Below are positions 41,401 through 51,631 of a DNA stretch of 64,000 nt, piece after piece. The notes under the pieces are model-generated. The model had not been told where the DNA came from. It ran no database searches and worked only from the letters and a program-made list of their open reading frames with translations. Every line of letters begins with the position of its first letter. Position 1 is the stretch's first letter. Source of the DNA: Bacteroidia bacterium (GTDB lineage Bacteria; Bacteroidota; Bacteroidia; M30B66); assembly GCA_965279035.1 (NCBI GenBank), contig OZ257142.1, positions 1,568,001-1,632,000 of the forward strand. The letters run 5' to 3'. The translations under genes were made by a program, and so were the position numbers.

Positions 41401-42074
41401 GCTATAATTTCGACCTCTTTGGATATATACTTAATTCGTTTTGTTATACTATGTATAATTGTATATGAAAGAAGAATAGTGATTAGTATGCTCAATACAA
41501 TTAATATTAACAATAGCATTCTTGCTGAATTATAGCTTTCTTCATTTTTAATTTTAGATTTATCAAGTTGTTGCATATTAATAGAACATATACTTTCTAA
41601 TTGTTTTATAGCAATATCTCTAACTTTTAAGCCTTTAGATATTGAAATTGAAAACGCACCTTGATTATCATTTTGCATTGCCAGTTTTATGATTTGATCT
41701 AAATCTATCATATAACCACTCCACGCTATTTTAAATTCATTTAATAATGCTTTTCCCTCTGGATTTATAATTAATTCTAATTCCTTTGTTTTTTGATCTA
41801 TGATTTCTAGTTGTTTATTTATTAATTCATGATACTTTATTTTATGTGAAATATCAGTCTCCAATATAATATTTTTTTCATATCTACTTCCTTGAAGTAC
41901 AGCGATCATCAATTCATTTGAGGTATTTATATTTTTAACTGTAACGTCAATTGTATTTTTAAATCGTTTATTTGATTGCGATAAGTTTGATGTTAAATAC
42001 ATGGCCATTGAAATGAGTAAAACAAGCAAGATTGTATAGCCAAGAATTAATCTGCTTTTGATTTGTTGTATCAT
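38472..42074 (-). CDS. Hybrid histidine kinase: 4HB_MCP-like sensor, HAMP, GAF, coiled coil, HisKA, HATPase, 3 x REC
   Basis: FLANMSHELRTPLN, NLLSNAIKFT, DTGIGI, YGGTGLGL; three receiver domains. Confidence 0.93.
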   Translation of the reverse strand: MIQQIKSRLILGYTILLVLLISMAMYLTSNLSQSNKRFKNTIDVTVKNINTSNELMIAVLQGSRYEKNIILETDISHKIKYHELINKQLEIIDQKTKELELIINPEGKALLNEFKIAWSGYMIDLDQIIKLAMQNDNQGAFSISISKGLKVRDIAIKQLESICSINMQQLDKSKIKNEESYNSARMLLLILIVLSILITILLSYTIIHSITKRIKYISKEVEIIASRNSTQLPENTINDELKPILNSLENVIHSFHEITENAEKVSSGDYSNDIIPKSKNDVLGIALNKMTHSLRDSSEINEQRLWLSKGQISLNEKLTGDQAIEELANNAIHFLCTYLNAQIGGLYLVNESNSEIKLLGRYAFTSNTKTNSTISINEGLIGEAAHSKKVFNLKSKEEISLRIESSIMSSTPKQVVISPFINEDKTIGVIEIGWLNEITEDKLEFIKQSMKSIAIQFESARSRKRIQELLHETQIQTEEMQLQQEELRQTNEELEDKSHNLKQQQEELQMTNEELEQQTQSLELKNKEVELSRYDIEQKTKQLEISSKYKSEFLANMSHELRTPLNSLLILSKELANNKKGNLDSLQVECAEIVYKSGHDLLVLINEVLDLSKIEAGKMILVIDQIEIKEFIHDSLRNFKHLAHEKGIEIDSEFGEHIPEFIWSDIQRLNQIIKNLLSNAIKFTNKGSIRINIKLINETTISIGIRDTGIGIPINKQEAIFEAFQQADGGTSRKYGGTGLGLSISRELAKLLGGKIEIKSEENIGSEFSLVIPIKLNIEPENSIESNEFKYTEENVDITKFKIDKNQSKINSNLPSVLIIVEDKQCALLLQNLVNNKGFKYNIALNGDEGLKLAILFKPVAIILDMNLPENQSGKFLNNLKENLDIKSIPLHQISSHNMAKKVHHDGRITYLLKPAEKLELEKEFNQIEANSKRKIKTVLIVEDNENSRKAMKILIGNDEVNCLEASNGQEAIVHLKEQHVDCILLDLGLPDISGIDLIKQINKIEGMNVPPIIVYTGRELNKSENEELEKYTQSIIIKGVKSEERLLDETSLFLHKTKINLPMNTIEKVFNKEHIFEGKKILLAEDDMRNVFALKLVLNEHGMEVIRAENGREALELLEIHPNIDMILMDIMMPEMDGFETMKRIRSSSKYKNLPMLALTAKAMKDDKQKCIDSGANDYVTKPIDIEQLLSLMRVWLSK

Positions 42075-42664
42075 ACTATTTGTGAATTTTGTAAATCAAT
42101 TTGAATTAGTAGGTCAATAATCTTTTCTAATGAAACAACATAATCTGCTTGAATTGCCTCCATTGCTGAATTTGGCATATATGGAGATTCTGCTGTTTGA
42201 GGATCTTGGATAATTGTTATTCCACCAAGTTCATGTATTAGTTTAATTCCTTTTGTACCATCGTTGTTTGATCCTGTTAATACAATTCCAATAAGTGAGT
42301 CTCCATAAACAATGGCTGCTGATTCAAATAATACATCTATTGATGGACGGGCAAAATTTACTCGTTCATCAATGGTTAATGAAAATGTTTTATTATTCTC
42401 AATTAATAAATGGTAGTTAGCAGGTGCGATATAAACATATCCACCACAAATACTTTCTTTTTCATCTGCTTCTTTGAATCGTAGTTTACTTTTTTCATTC
42501 AGTAATTTTATCCATTGATTTTCTGAGCGAGCACCTATGTGTTGAACTATTATTATTGGAATTTTAAATGTTGAAGGAAGCATTGAGAATAGGAGTTTTA
42601 AAGCACTCATTCCTCCTGATGAAACTCCAATAACAATAGCTTCAATTTTATTTTTATTTTTCAT
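42071..42664 (-). CDS. cheB: Stand-alone CheB methylesterase domain
   Basis: IGVSSGG, IVQH, RPSIDVLF, LTGSNNDG; no receiver domain. Confidence 0.92.
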   Translation of the reverse strand: MKNKNKIEAIVIGVSSGGMSALKLLFSMLPSTFKIPIIIVQHIGARSENQWIKLLNEKSKLRFKEADEKESICGGYVYIAPANYHLLIENNKTFSLTIDERVNFARPSIDVLFESAAIVYGDSLIGIVLTGSNNDGTKGIKLIHELGGITIIQDPQTAESPYMPNSAMEAIQADYVVSLEKIIDLLIQIDLQNSQIV

Positions 42665-42695
42665 TTATCATTGATTAACTCAAATTAATTCATTT

Positions 42696-43709
42696 TCAAC
42701 TTATTAATTTTTTATAGATCTTATTTACTTTATCTATCTCTTTGTACTTATCTTTAAAATTTGTAAACTCAATTCCCTCTTTTGCCCCTAGGCATAATAT
42801 ACCTGAGTGAATTAAACTTTTATAAAATAAACTTTGAACACGATTTTGAAGTTCTTTATTAAAGTAGATGAGTACGTTTCTACAAAGTATTAAATGAGAT
42901 TCTGCAAATACTTGATCAGTTACTAAATTATGATTAGCCCAAACAATATTCTTTTTCAACGATTGATTCATTATTGCAAAATCATAACTCGAAGTATAAT
43001 AGGATGAAAAAGCTTCTTCTCCTCCAGATAATTGATAATTGGTTGTATTTTCTTTCATTTTATTTAATGTGAATATTCCTGATTTTGCTTTATCTAAAGC
43101 CTCTTGATTAAAATCAGTTGCATAGATTGTTGTTCTATCATATAAACCTTCTTCCATTAGTAATATAGCCATTGAATATGCTTCTTCGCCTGTTGAACAG
43201 CCAGCATGCCATATTTTAATAAATGGATATGTTTTTAAAATGGGTATAACTTGTTCTCTAAGTGATCTATAGAATCCCTTATCTCTGAACATTTCTGTTA
43301 CAGTTATAGATAAATCTTGAAGAAATATAGCCGCAAAAGATTCATCATTAATAAGTTTGTCTTTTAATAATCGAACTGATTGTATCTCTTCTATTCGCAT
43401 TCTTGTCATTATTCTACGTTGAATATGAGCTTGTGAATACTCTCTAAAATCATAACCGTATTTTTCATATAAGGCATATAATAAATGCTGAATCTCTTCC
43501 TCATTTATATGCATTTTCAATTTATTTTTCTCTCCATTTATATTAATTCTTGATGAATTGCTTTCACTTTCTGAAATTTGATTAATTAATGGTTGATCAA
43601 TTTTATTTAGTTTATTATTCATATTTATGAAATCAATCGCTGCCTTAACTAAAATTATTTTATAATTGCTAGTATTCAGTCTTTCGTTCTCATCATTATA
43701 AATATACAA
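42696..43709 (-). CDS. cheR: CheR-type protein-glutamate methyltransferase
   Basis: YGYDF, VTEMFRD, IWHAGCSTGEE, ATD, CRNVLIYF; start may be Met 43514. Confidence 0.93.
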   Translation of the reverse strand: MYIYNDENERLNTSNYKIILVKAAIDFINMNNKLNKIDQPLINQISESESNSSRININGEKNKLKMHINEEEIQHLLYALYEKYGYDFREYSQAHIQRRIMTRMRIEEIQSVRLLKDKLINDESFAAIFLQDLSITVTEMFRDKGFYRSLREQVIPILKTYPFIKIWHAGCSTGEEAYSMAILLMEEGLYDRTTIYATDFNQEALDKAKSGIFTLNKMKENTTNYQLSGGEEAFSSYYTSSYDFAIMNQSLKKNIVWANHNLVTDQVFAESHLILCRNVLIYFNKELQNRVQSLFYKSLIHSGILCLGAKEGIEFTNFKDKYKEIDKVNKIYKKLIS

Positions 43710-44105
43710 TTATATTATTTAATGTTTTTTTTAGTGAATTGTCATATCGATATATTTTCATGTTTTGTTCTGTTATTTTGTTTTACATTTCATTAATCCA
43801 TGCATTAGTCATAATTTATCTTACTTATTTTGATTATTATCATATTTCTCATACATTTTTTCTAAATGACAATTCTGATGAATTGTAAAAACAAAATAAA
43901 TAATTGTGTAATATTTATCCCCACTTCAATATTTTAATAATAATTATATTTTAAATTTTGAATTGATTTTAATTTTTTAAATATGAAGTTTTATACTTTT
44001 TCAAATAGCTCATTGTATCTGTAATAATTGAAATGTCAAATTTTATTAATATTGATTTTCAATTAAATTAAATTTATCTTACTTTCGACTTGTCAATAAA
44101 TTCAT

Positions 44106-47100
44106 ATGCTCAATTTCAATTACCTTGCTGGTCGTTTCATTTTATTTTCTTTATATCTGTCAAGTTTTATTTTATTGATTGATTCTTGTTCTTCTAAATC
44201 CTCTCAAACAGAAGAATCATCAACGGAAAAGACACAAACTGACTCTTTCCAAGTTCCTGTTAGAACAAACACCGAAACTCTTCCAGATTCGTTAAAGCTG
44301 AGACCAATTTTGCTATCTGAGCAAGATAAAGTGATACGCACAATGGTGCCCCAAACAAATTCGAATGCCTATGTTAAATTGAATACGGATGGGATTATTC
44401 AACAAGCAATACTCAAAAAGCCTGTGTTGATTCCTTTAAATACGATTAAAAATAAGGAAGGAAATTCTTTACTCGATTTATCAGGAGAACCCATCATTAT
44501 TGGCAACGGGGGAATGGCCTCATTCAAACAATATACTTCCGATAATGGATTATCTATGGATGTCGTTGTGAGTTCATTTACGGACGCATCTGGAAATCTT
44601 TGGTTTGGAACAATGGGCGGCGGAATTTCAAAATTCGATGGAAATTCATTCACTAATTACAATACAACGCATGGACTTTCACACAATCAAATTTATAGCA
44701 TTGCTCAAGATTCAACTGGAGCCATTTGGATTGCAACCTTAGGAGGAGGAATTTCATGTTTTAATGGTAAAGCATTTAAAAATTATAATGTTACTTCAGG
44801 CTTGGCAGATGATTTTGTCAATTGTATAACGATTGATAAAAAAGGAATTATTTGGTGTGGAACTCGTGAAGGAAAAGTTTCTTCTTTTGATGGAAAAAAA
44901 TTCACGAATTATACCTTAACCGATGGTGCAAATAATAATGCGGTTAATTGTGTTTATTGTGACAAAAAAGGCATTCTTTGGTTTGGTACAGAACGATCAG
45001 GCTTAATTAAATACGATGGCAATGAGTTTAAAACGTATTCCACTGAGCAAGGATTAAATGGAAGTACAATTCGATGTATAACGGGTGATCATGTCGGAAA
45101 TATTTGGTTAGGAAAATATGATTATGGAGTTTCAAAATTCGATGGCAAAACGTTTACTCAGTTTTCATCTTTCGAAGGAAATACCCAAGATGATATATTT
45201 TCCATTTATGTTGATCATCTCAATCGCGTTTGGATTGGAACTGATGGGGGAGGAGTAATGTGTTATGATCAACGTGTTGGAAAGGGTAAATCTTTTAAAT
45301 CCTATAATTCAGAAATAGGATTGGCTAATAATTCAGTATTTGGCATTACAGAAGATTTAAATGGACATATCTGGATTTCAACCTATGGTGGAGGTGTGAT
45401 CCGTTTTGATGGCGATGCCTTTACCATTTTTTCGAAAATACAAGGTCTCGCTGCCAATAATATAATATCTATTCATCAAGATGTACATGGAAACTTGTGG
45501 TTTGGATCAATAGGATCGGGTGTATCCTGTTTTAATGGAAAATCTTTTTTAAATTATTCTCAATCTCAAGGCTTATCAGGTGGCGTTGTTACTTGTATGG
45601 TAAATGATAGTTTAGGGAATATTTGGTTTGGAACAGACAGTGGTGGTTTTTCCTATTTTGACGGCTCTTCATTCACTACTTATACAACAGCTCAAGGCAT
45701 TCCTGCAAATTATATTTTATGCAGCTATATTGATCATACGGGAGTTGCTTGGTTTGGAACAGTTGGAGGTGGACTTTGTCGATTTGATGGAAAAACAATT
45801 ACGAATTATACTACACGACAAGGTTTAGCAGGTGATATGGTGATGACAATTTCTGAGGATAAATCGGGTAAAATTTGGGCTGCCTGTTATGGACAAGGAA
45901 TCTCAAGTTTTGATGGGAAAACATTTACCAATTATACAACGGCTCAAGGTTTAGCATTCAATACGGTATTTCGAATTGTTGAAGATGTTAATGGAAATAT
46001 ATGGTGTGGAACAGACGGCAAAGGTTTAAGTATTTTGTTGAAGGATAAAATCAATTCAGAGAAACCAGAAAATCGATTTATTAATTATTCAGTTCGAGAT
46101 GGTTTATCCGACAATACAATAACTCAAATACTTTTTCTTAAAAATAAAAAGGTAGCGCTTGGAACAAATGCCGGAGTCAGCATTTTTGATTTCCCTGATT
46201 TTAAAAATCAAACAAAATTAAAAGATGTAGAGATTTTTAATGTCGCGAATGGGTATCCAATTAAAGATGTAAATGTTGGCCAAAATTGCATGTTGGAAGA
46301 TAATCAAGGTATACTTTGGTTAGGAACAGGAAGCGATAAAATACCATTAATTCGTTTCGATTATCAAGAAGTAATTCGAAATAAAAGAAAACCGGAAATT
46401 AACATTCAATCACTTAAGATAAATGAACAATCAATTGGATGGAATGATTTATTAATGAATAAAAACAATTCCATTGATTCAAACTTACTCGCAGCTCGAA
46501 GCATCGAAGAAATTCACACCTTTAAACGTGAATTATCACAAATCGATCGTGATACTTTAAAAGCTAAATTTGGAGATATTCAATTCTCTGGGATTCAAAA
46601 TCACTATCCAATTCCTGAAAAATTAGTTTTACCCTATCATCTCAATACGATCACTTTTGATTATTCAGCAATTGAACCATCCAACCCGGATTTAATGGTG
46701 TATCAATATAAACTCGAAGGATATGATGCTGAATGGAATCCAATTACTACTAAAACAAATGTTTCATTTGGTCATATTGGGGAAGGAAGCTACACCTTTA
46801 AATTAAAAGCACGCTATACTGGAATAAGTGATTCACTTGGTGCAGCCTGGACAGAGCCAATCGAATACTCATTTGAAATACTTCCTCCTTGGTATCGTAG
46901 CTGGTGGGCTTATATTCTCTATATTGTTGGAACAGGAGCTCTATTATATTTCATATTCCGTTGGAGGACTTCTGCACTACGTCGCGATAAAATTAAGCTG
47001 GAGCAAACCGTTAAAGAACGTACTGTTGAATTAGAAATAAAGAATAGAACGGTTGAGGAAAAGAATCGCGAAATTTTAGATAGTATAGAATATGCCAAAC

Positions 47101-47831
47101 GTATTCAAGCAACCATATTGCCTTCGGTACGAGTTGTGAAAAAATACTTACAAGATTCATTCATCCTATATATTCCTAAAGACATTGTTGCGGGTGATTT
47201 TTATTGGATGGAAAGTCCCGAAGACTGCAATACCGTATTTTTTGCTGCTTGCGATTGCACTGGACATGGTGTACCAGGAGCCATGGTAAGTGTAATTTGT
47301 CACAATGCGTTGAATAAATCCTTGAAGGAATTTGGAATGCGCACTCCTTCTGGCATTCTCGATAAAGTGGGAGAATTGGTCATAGAGGATTTCAATAAAA
47401 ACATTGATATCGAAGGTGAAATTCTCGATGGAATGGATGCTTCTGTTTGTGCACTCGACACTGATACAGGTAAATTGCAATGGGCAGGTGCAAATAATCC
47501 TTTATGGCTTGTTCGTAACGGAAATCCATTGGAGGAAATTAAACCAGATAAGCAACCTGTTGGACAATCGGAAGATCGAAAACCGTATACCAATCATCAA
47601 TTTGATTTGCAAAAAGGCGATGTGATTTATTTAATTACAGATGGTTTTGCTGATCAATTTGGTGGAAATAAAAACAAGAAATTCCAGAAATCTCAATTAA
47701 GAGATTTGATTTATCAATTGCATACATTACCAATGGAAGAACAACGTAATAAACTCTTCGATGCCTTTATTCAGTGGAAAGGAAATACTGAGCAAATTGA
47801 TGATATTACGATTATTGGAGTGAGATTATAA
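44106..47831 (+). CDS. Two-component regulator propeller + Y_Y_Y + TM + SpoIIE/PP2C sensor phosphatase
   Basis: Many D..GNLWFGT.GGG / FDG..F..Y...GL blades; YQYKLEGYD; PPWYRSWWAY; DCTGHGVPGA. Confidence 0.92.
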   Translation: MLNFNYLAGRFILFSLYLSSFILLIDSCSSKSSQTEESSTEKTQTDSFQVPVRTNTETLPDSLKLRPILLSEQDKVIRTMVPQTNSNAYVKLNTDGIIQQAILKKPVLIPLNTIKNKEGNSLLDLSGEPIIIGNGGMASFKQYTSDNGLSMDVVVSSFTDASGNLWFGTMGGGISKFDGNSFTNYNTTHGLSHNQIYSIAQDSTGAIWIATLGGGISCFNGKAFKNYNVTSGLADDFVNCITIDKKGIIWCGTREGKVSSFDGKKFTNYTLTDGANNNAVNCVYCDKKGILWFGTERSGLIKYDGNEFKTYSTEQGLNGSTIRCITGDHVGNIWLGKYDYGVSKFDGKTFTQFSSFEGNTQDDIFSIYVDHLNRVWIGTDGGGVMCYDQRVGKGKSFKSYNSEIGLANNSVFGITEDLNGHIWISTYGGGVIRFDGDAFTIFSKIQGLAANNIISIHQDVHGNLWFGSIGSGVSCFNGKSFLNYSQSQGLSGGVVTCMVNDSLGNIWFGTDSGGFSYFDGSSFTTYTTAQGIPANYILCSYIDHTGVAWFGTVGGGLCRFDGKTITNYTTRQGLAGDMVMTISEDKSGKIWAACYGQGISSFDGKTFTNYTTAQGLAFNTVFRIVEDVNGNIWCGTDGKGLSILLKDKINSEKPENRFINYSVRDGLSDNTITQILFLKNKKVALGTNAGVSIFDFPDFKNQTKLKDVEIFNVANGYPIKDVNVGQNCMLEDNQGILWLGTGSDKIPLIRFDYQEVIRNKRKPEINIQSLKINEQSIGWNDLLMNKNNSIDSNLLAARSIEEIHTFKRELSQIDRDTLKAKFGDIQFSGIQNHYPIPEKLVLPYHLNTITFDYSAIEPSNPDLMVYQYKLEGYDAEWNPITTKTNVSFGHIGEGSYTFKLKARYTGISDSLGAAWTEPIEYSFEILPPWYRSWWAYILYIVGTGALLYFIFRWRTSALRRDKIKLEQTVKERTVELEIKNRTVEEKNREILDSIEYAKRIQATILPSVRVVKKYLQDSFILYIPKDIVAGDFYWMESPEDCNTVFFAACDCTGHGVPGAMVSVICHNALNKSLKEFGMRTPSGILDKVGELVIEDFNKNIDIEGEILDGMDASVCALDTDTGKLQWAGANNPLWLVRNGNPLEEIKPDKQPVGQSEDRKPYTNHQFDLQKGDVIYLITDGFADQFGGNKNKKFQKSQLRDLIYQLHTLPMEEQRNKLFDAFIQWKGNTEQIDDITIIGVRL

Positions 47832-47875
47832 ATGAAAAAATCACCAAGCATTGAATAATTTAAAGTGGAATCCTT

Positions 47876-49255
47876 ATGAAAATTAAATTAGTTGGAATCT
47901 TATGTGCATTTGTTTCCATTATTCAGGCACAATCAATTGCAGGTGGTCAATCGCATTCTTTATTTTTGTGCAATTCGAATGCTTTATTTTCTTGGGGAAA
48001 TAATTATCAAGGACAATTAGGTAATGGTGACACAACATCTACCAATGTAGCTTCACAATTACAAGGTTTAACGGATATTGTAGATGTTTCTTGTGGTGAT
48101 GTACATTCACTTTTGCTCAAAAGCGATAGTACAGTTTGGGCTTGGGGAGATAATACATTGGGCCAACTTGGAATTGGAACACTAATATCTAGTACTATTC
48201 CGGTTCAAGTCGATGGGCTTTCTGAAGTAATTGCCATTGATGGAGGTGGCGATCATTCGATTGCACTTAAGAAAGATGGAACTGTATGGACTTGGGGCTC
48301 TAATTCGAACGGTCAATTGGGTATTGAAAACAGTTTTATTAGCCTAGTTCCCGTTCAAGTGAGTGAACTAACGAATGTTATTGCCATTTCTGGTGGATAT
48401 TTGTTCAGTTTAGCACTTAAAAGTGATGGAACAGTTTGGGCTTGGGGATATAATAGTACTGGGCAATTAGGAAATAACACAACGCTTGAAAGTGCCATTC
48501 CCACGCAAGTGAGTAATTTAATTGGAATTTCATCCATTCATGCAGGATATTATCATTCAATAGCAATAAAGAATGATGCTACAGCTTGGGCATGGGGATA
48601 TAATGAAGATGGACAAATAGGATGTGGTTCTAACACAAGTTTTAATTTTCCAGTTCAAATGGTTGGACTTAATAATGTTGAGAAAGCAGCAGCAGGAAAT
48701 AGGCATTCACTTGTCATATTAAAAGATGGTTCATTATGGGCTTGTGGAAGTAATGGATTTGGGCAGCTTGGTAATAATTCGAATACGAGCAGTAATATTC
48801 CTATTCAGATAAATGAAGATTCTAATCATTCAAAAATAGCTTGTGGTTTCCTTTATTCTTTGGTATTGAAAGCTGACGGTACAGTGTGGTCTTGGGGTGA
48901 CAATTTAAGAGGACAACTCGGTGTCGCTAATAATATTACAAGCTATATTCTTGTAAATGCAATAATTCCCTGTCAAGCTTCACTTAGTTTGAAAGACATC
49001 ACATCACCTTCTGTTTTTTCTATTTATCCCAATCCATTTCATGATCGAACAACCCTAAGCTCATCTACCAATTTAATAGGCGCGAATGTGACACTCTATT
49101 CAAGCATTGGACAAGCTGTTATGCACTATACTAACTTGCAGGGCACAGCAATTACAATTGAGCGAAATGAATTAGCTAGCGGTATTTATTTCGTATCTGT
49201 TATGAAGGATAATAGAATTGTTTTTTCGCAAAAATTGATGATTATAGGTAAATGA
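47876..49255 (+). CDS. RCC1-repeat T9SS type A protein
   Basis: Repeated HSL.LK.DGTVWAWG.N..GQLG; IYPNPF CTD. Confidence 0.92.
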   Translation: MKIKLVGILCAFVSIIQAQSIAGGQSHSLFLCNSNALFSWGNNYQGQLGNGDTTSTNVASQLQGLTDIVDVSCGDVHSLLLKSDSTVWAWGDNTLGQLGIGTLISSTIPVQVDGLSEVIAIDGGGDHSIALKKDGTVWTWGSNSNGQLGIENSFISLVPVQVSELTNVIAISGGYLFSLALKSDGTVWAWGYNSTGQLGNNTTLESAIPTQVSNLIGISSIHAGYYHSIAIKNDATAWAWGYNEDGQIGCGSNTSFNFPVQMVGLNNVEKAAAGNRHSLVILKDGSLWACGSNGFGQLGNNSNTSSNIPIQINEDSNHSKIACGFLYSLVLKADGTVWSWGDNLRGQLGVANNITSYILVNAIIPCQASLSLKDITSPSVFSIYPNPFHDRTTLSSSTNLIGANVTLYSSIGQAVMHYTNLQGTAITIERNELASGIYFVSVMKDNRIVFSQKLMIIGK

Positions 49256-49442
49256 AATGTGTTGAATTTATAGATTAAATCCAATATATCGTTACAATTA
49301 AATACTCCCTGTTATTAAAAATTACGTACAAATTAAATCAATTGATGACCAATTTTCTCACCTGATTATCTGTTGCATGAATAATTTTTAACTTAAAATC
49401 AACTTGTGAAAAAAATAAAAATTAATTAGTATATGGATCTAT

Positions 49443-50318
49443 ATGGAAAAAAAATATTTTGATCTTAATTTTTCTAAGGAGGAATTATTATTTCTTTCTA
49501 AGAGAGCTCCTATACGTAGTTTTCCTGAAAATAAAGCGGATGGAATTAAACTACATGTTAAAAACAATCATGTATACATAGAAAAAGGCGAAGGAGAAAT
49601 TATAGTTTTTTTGCATGGATTACTCGGGAGTATTTATAACTATATTGACGTATTTCAATATTATTCAAAAAAATATAGGGTAGTTATGCCTTATTTACCG
49701 ATGTATGATTCCCCATTAAATGAATGTAGTGTTAAAAGCTTGGGTGATTATTTGGAGACTTTTGTTAAAGACATTTTGAATAATCAAAAAATTATTTTAG
49801 TAGGAACTTCAACAGGAGCTGGAGCAAGTATTTATTATTCTGTTAAACCAAATAATAGTGTGAAGGCATTGGTTTTATGTGGCAGTGTTGGTTTAGGACA
49901 TACTCCATTAACAGTTGGCAAAGGAATACCAAGAAATAATTTTGACTATATTCAATATTATGCTAGATCATTATTTTTTGATACATCAATTCCGCCTCAC
50001 GAAATGATGTTGGATGTTTTTAATGCAGTTCAAGACAATGAAATTGTTTTAAGAATAATTCGTTTAGCAAAAACGGCAATTAAAATAACGGAATCTGAAA
50101 TTATCCAATCAATAAAGAAACCTACTTTACTCATATGGGGTGAATCTGATAACATTACTCCTCTCTATACCGCTGAAAAATTTAATAATTTAATAGAGAA
50201 TTCTGTATTAAGAATAATTCCTAATTGCGGTCATGTTGTAAGTCAAGAAAAACCTTTCGTATTTATTGACTATTTAAATGATTTTTTGAAACAGGAAAAT
50301 TTATTCCCAGATGAATAA
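49443..50318 (+). CDS. Alpha/beta fold hydrolase
   Basis: FLHGLLG, GTSTG nucleophile elbow, WGESD, CGH. Confidence 0.88.
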   Translation: MEKKYFDLNFSKEELLFLSKRAPIRSFPENKADGIKLHVKNNHVYIEKGEGEIIVFLHGLLGSIYNYIDVFQYYSKKYRVVMPYLPMYDSPLNECSVKSLGDYLETFVKDILNNQKIILVGTSTGAGASIYYSVKPNNSVKALVLCGSVGLGHTPLTVGKGIPRNNFDYIQYYARSLFFDTSIPPHEMMLDVFNAVQDNEIVLRIIRLAKTAIKITESEIIQSIKKPTLLIWGESDNITPLYTAEKFNNLIENSVLRIIPNCGHVVSQEKPFVFIDYLNDFLKQENLFPDE

Positions 50319-51618
50319 TAAAGAGAAAACGAAAAAATATAAAAGTATTAATACTGGAGAGGTTGCATTACCTATTTGTATCAGCCATATTGAAAATAAC
50401 ATCATGTATGATATTGAACAAAATTCATATATTGATTTTACTAGTGGATTTGGCGTTACGAATGCTGGATGGCAACGAATTGAAGTAATTAATGCAATAA
50501 AAAACCAATTAGATAAACTTATTTATAGTTCACCCTGGTTTCCAACGAATGAAGCCATTGAATTATCTGAGTTATTATTGAGTATTATGCCAGAAAATTC
50601 TTTTATGTGTTCTCGTTCTACTGGAGGAGCAGAATCAAATGAAACAATTTTAAAAGCATCTTATGCACTCAATGGGAAAAAAGATGTTCTTTCTCTTGCA
50701 AGGTCTTATCATGGTGGTTCAAAGTTTACGGTTAACATGAGTGATGTTGAATCATTTCGACTTCCAAAACTTCCTTCAAAAAACCAGTATCATAAGGCCC
50801 CTTCACCATACTGCTATCGATGTCCTTTTGGTAAGCTACACGATAGCTGTAATATGGAATGCGGTCTTGCAGTTGAAGATATTATAAAAAACAACCCCGA
50901 TATAGGTATTTTTTATTTGGAACCTGTAATTGGTAGTGGTGGTGTAATAATTCCCCCTCAAAAGTATTTTAATATAGTTCAGGAAATATGTAGAACACAT
51001 AACGTTACATTTGTTTTTGATGAAGTAATTACAGGTTTTGGAAGATTAGGTATGCTAACAGGAATGGATATGTTTAATGTGGTTCCTGATGCAGTTAGTT
51101 TCGGCAAAGGGATGGGTGGTGGATTTATACCTATTGGCGCTTCTGTTTTATCGAAAGACTTGGCAGAAGTTTTCAGTAAATACGAAGATGTATCTGCAAC
51201 ATTTGCATGGACACCACTTGCTTGTGTTGCCGCAAAATCAAATATTGAACTTATTATCAAAGAAGATTTAGCTCTGAAATCAAAAGATAAAGGCTTTTAT
51301 TTAATGGAGCAGCTTCAATTTTTATTTAATAAATATATCCCAGAGCAATTAGGTGAAGTTCGAGGAAAAGGATTGTTGATAGGAGTTGAATTAGTTGAAA
51401 ATCAATTATCTAAAAAGCCTGCAATCAGGTTAATAAAAACTTTGACATTCAGTTTGATTCGGAATGGTCTTATGGTATGTACTTCGTGGGATTTTCAAGT
51501 ACTTATTTTTATGCCACCTTTAAATATATCAAATTCGGATATCGATAAAGCATTAGACATTGTGGAATCTCAATTACAATTCATTTCTCAAACTAGAAAT
51601 CAAAATATACTCAGATGA
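50311..51618 (+). CDS. Class III PLP-dependent aminotransferase
   Basis: YIDFTSG, GAESNE, SYHG, EPVIG, FDEVITGFGRLG, GKGMGGG (PLP Lys). Confidence 0.92.
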   Translation: MNNKEKTKKYKSINTGEVALPICISHIENNIMYDIEQNSYIDFTSGFGVTNAGWQRIEVINAIKNQLDKLIYSSPWFPTNEAIELSELLLSIMPENSFMCSRSTGGAESNETILKASYALNGKKDVLSLARSYHGGSKFTVNMSDVESFRLPKLPSKNQYHKAPSPYCYRCPFGKLHDSCNMECGLAVEDIIKNNPDIGIFYLEPVIGSGGVIIPPQKYFNIVQEICRTHNVTFVFDEVITGFGRLGMLTGMDMFNVVPDAVSFGKGMGGGFIPIGASVLSKDLAEVFSKYEDVSATFAWTPLACVAAKSNIELIIKEDLALKSKDKGFYLMEQLQFLFNKYIPEQLGEVRGKGLLIGVELVENQLSKKPAIRLIKTLTFSLIRNGLMVCTSWDFQVLIFMPPLNISNSDIDKALDIVESQLQFISQTRNQNILR

Positions 51619-51631
51619 TTGAGCAATATTG

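Noticed and set aside
38472-43709. Flagellar chemotaxis operon
   Set aside because: No cheA, cheW, cheY, MCP signalling domain or flagellar genes in the window
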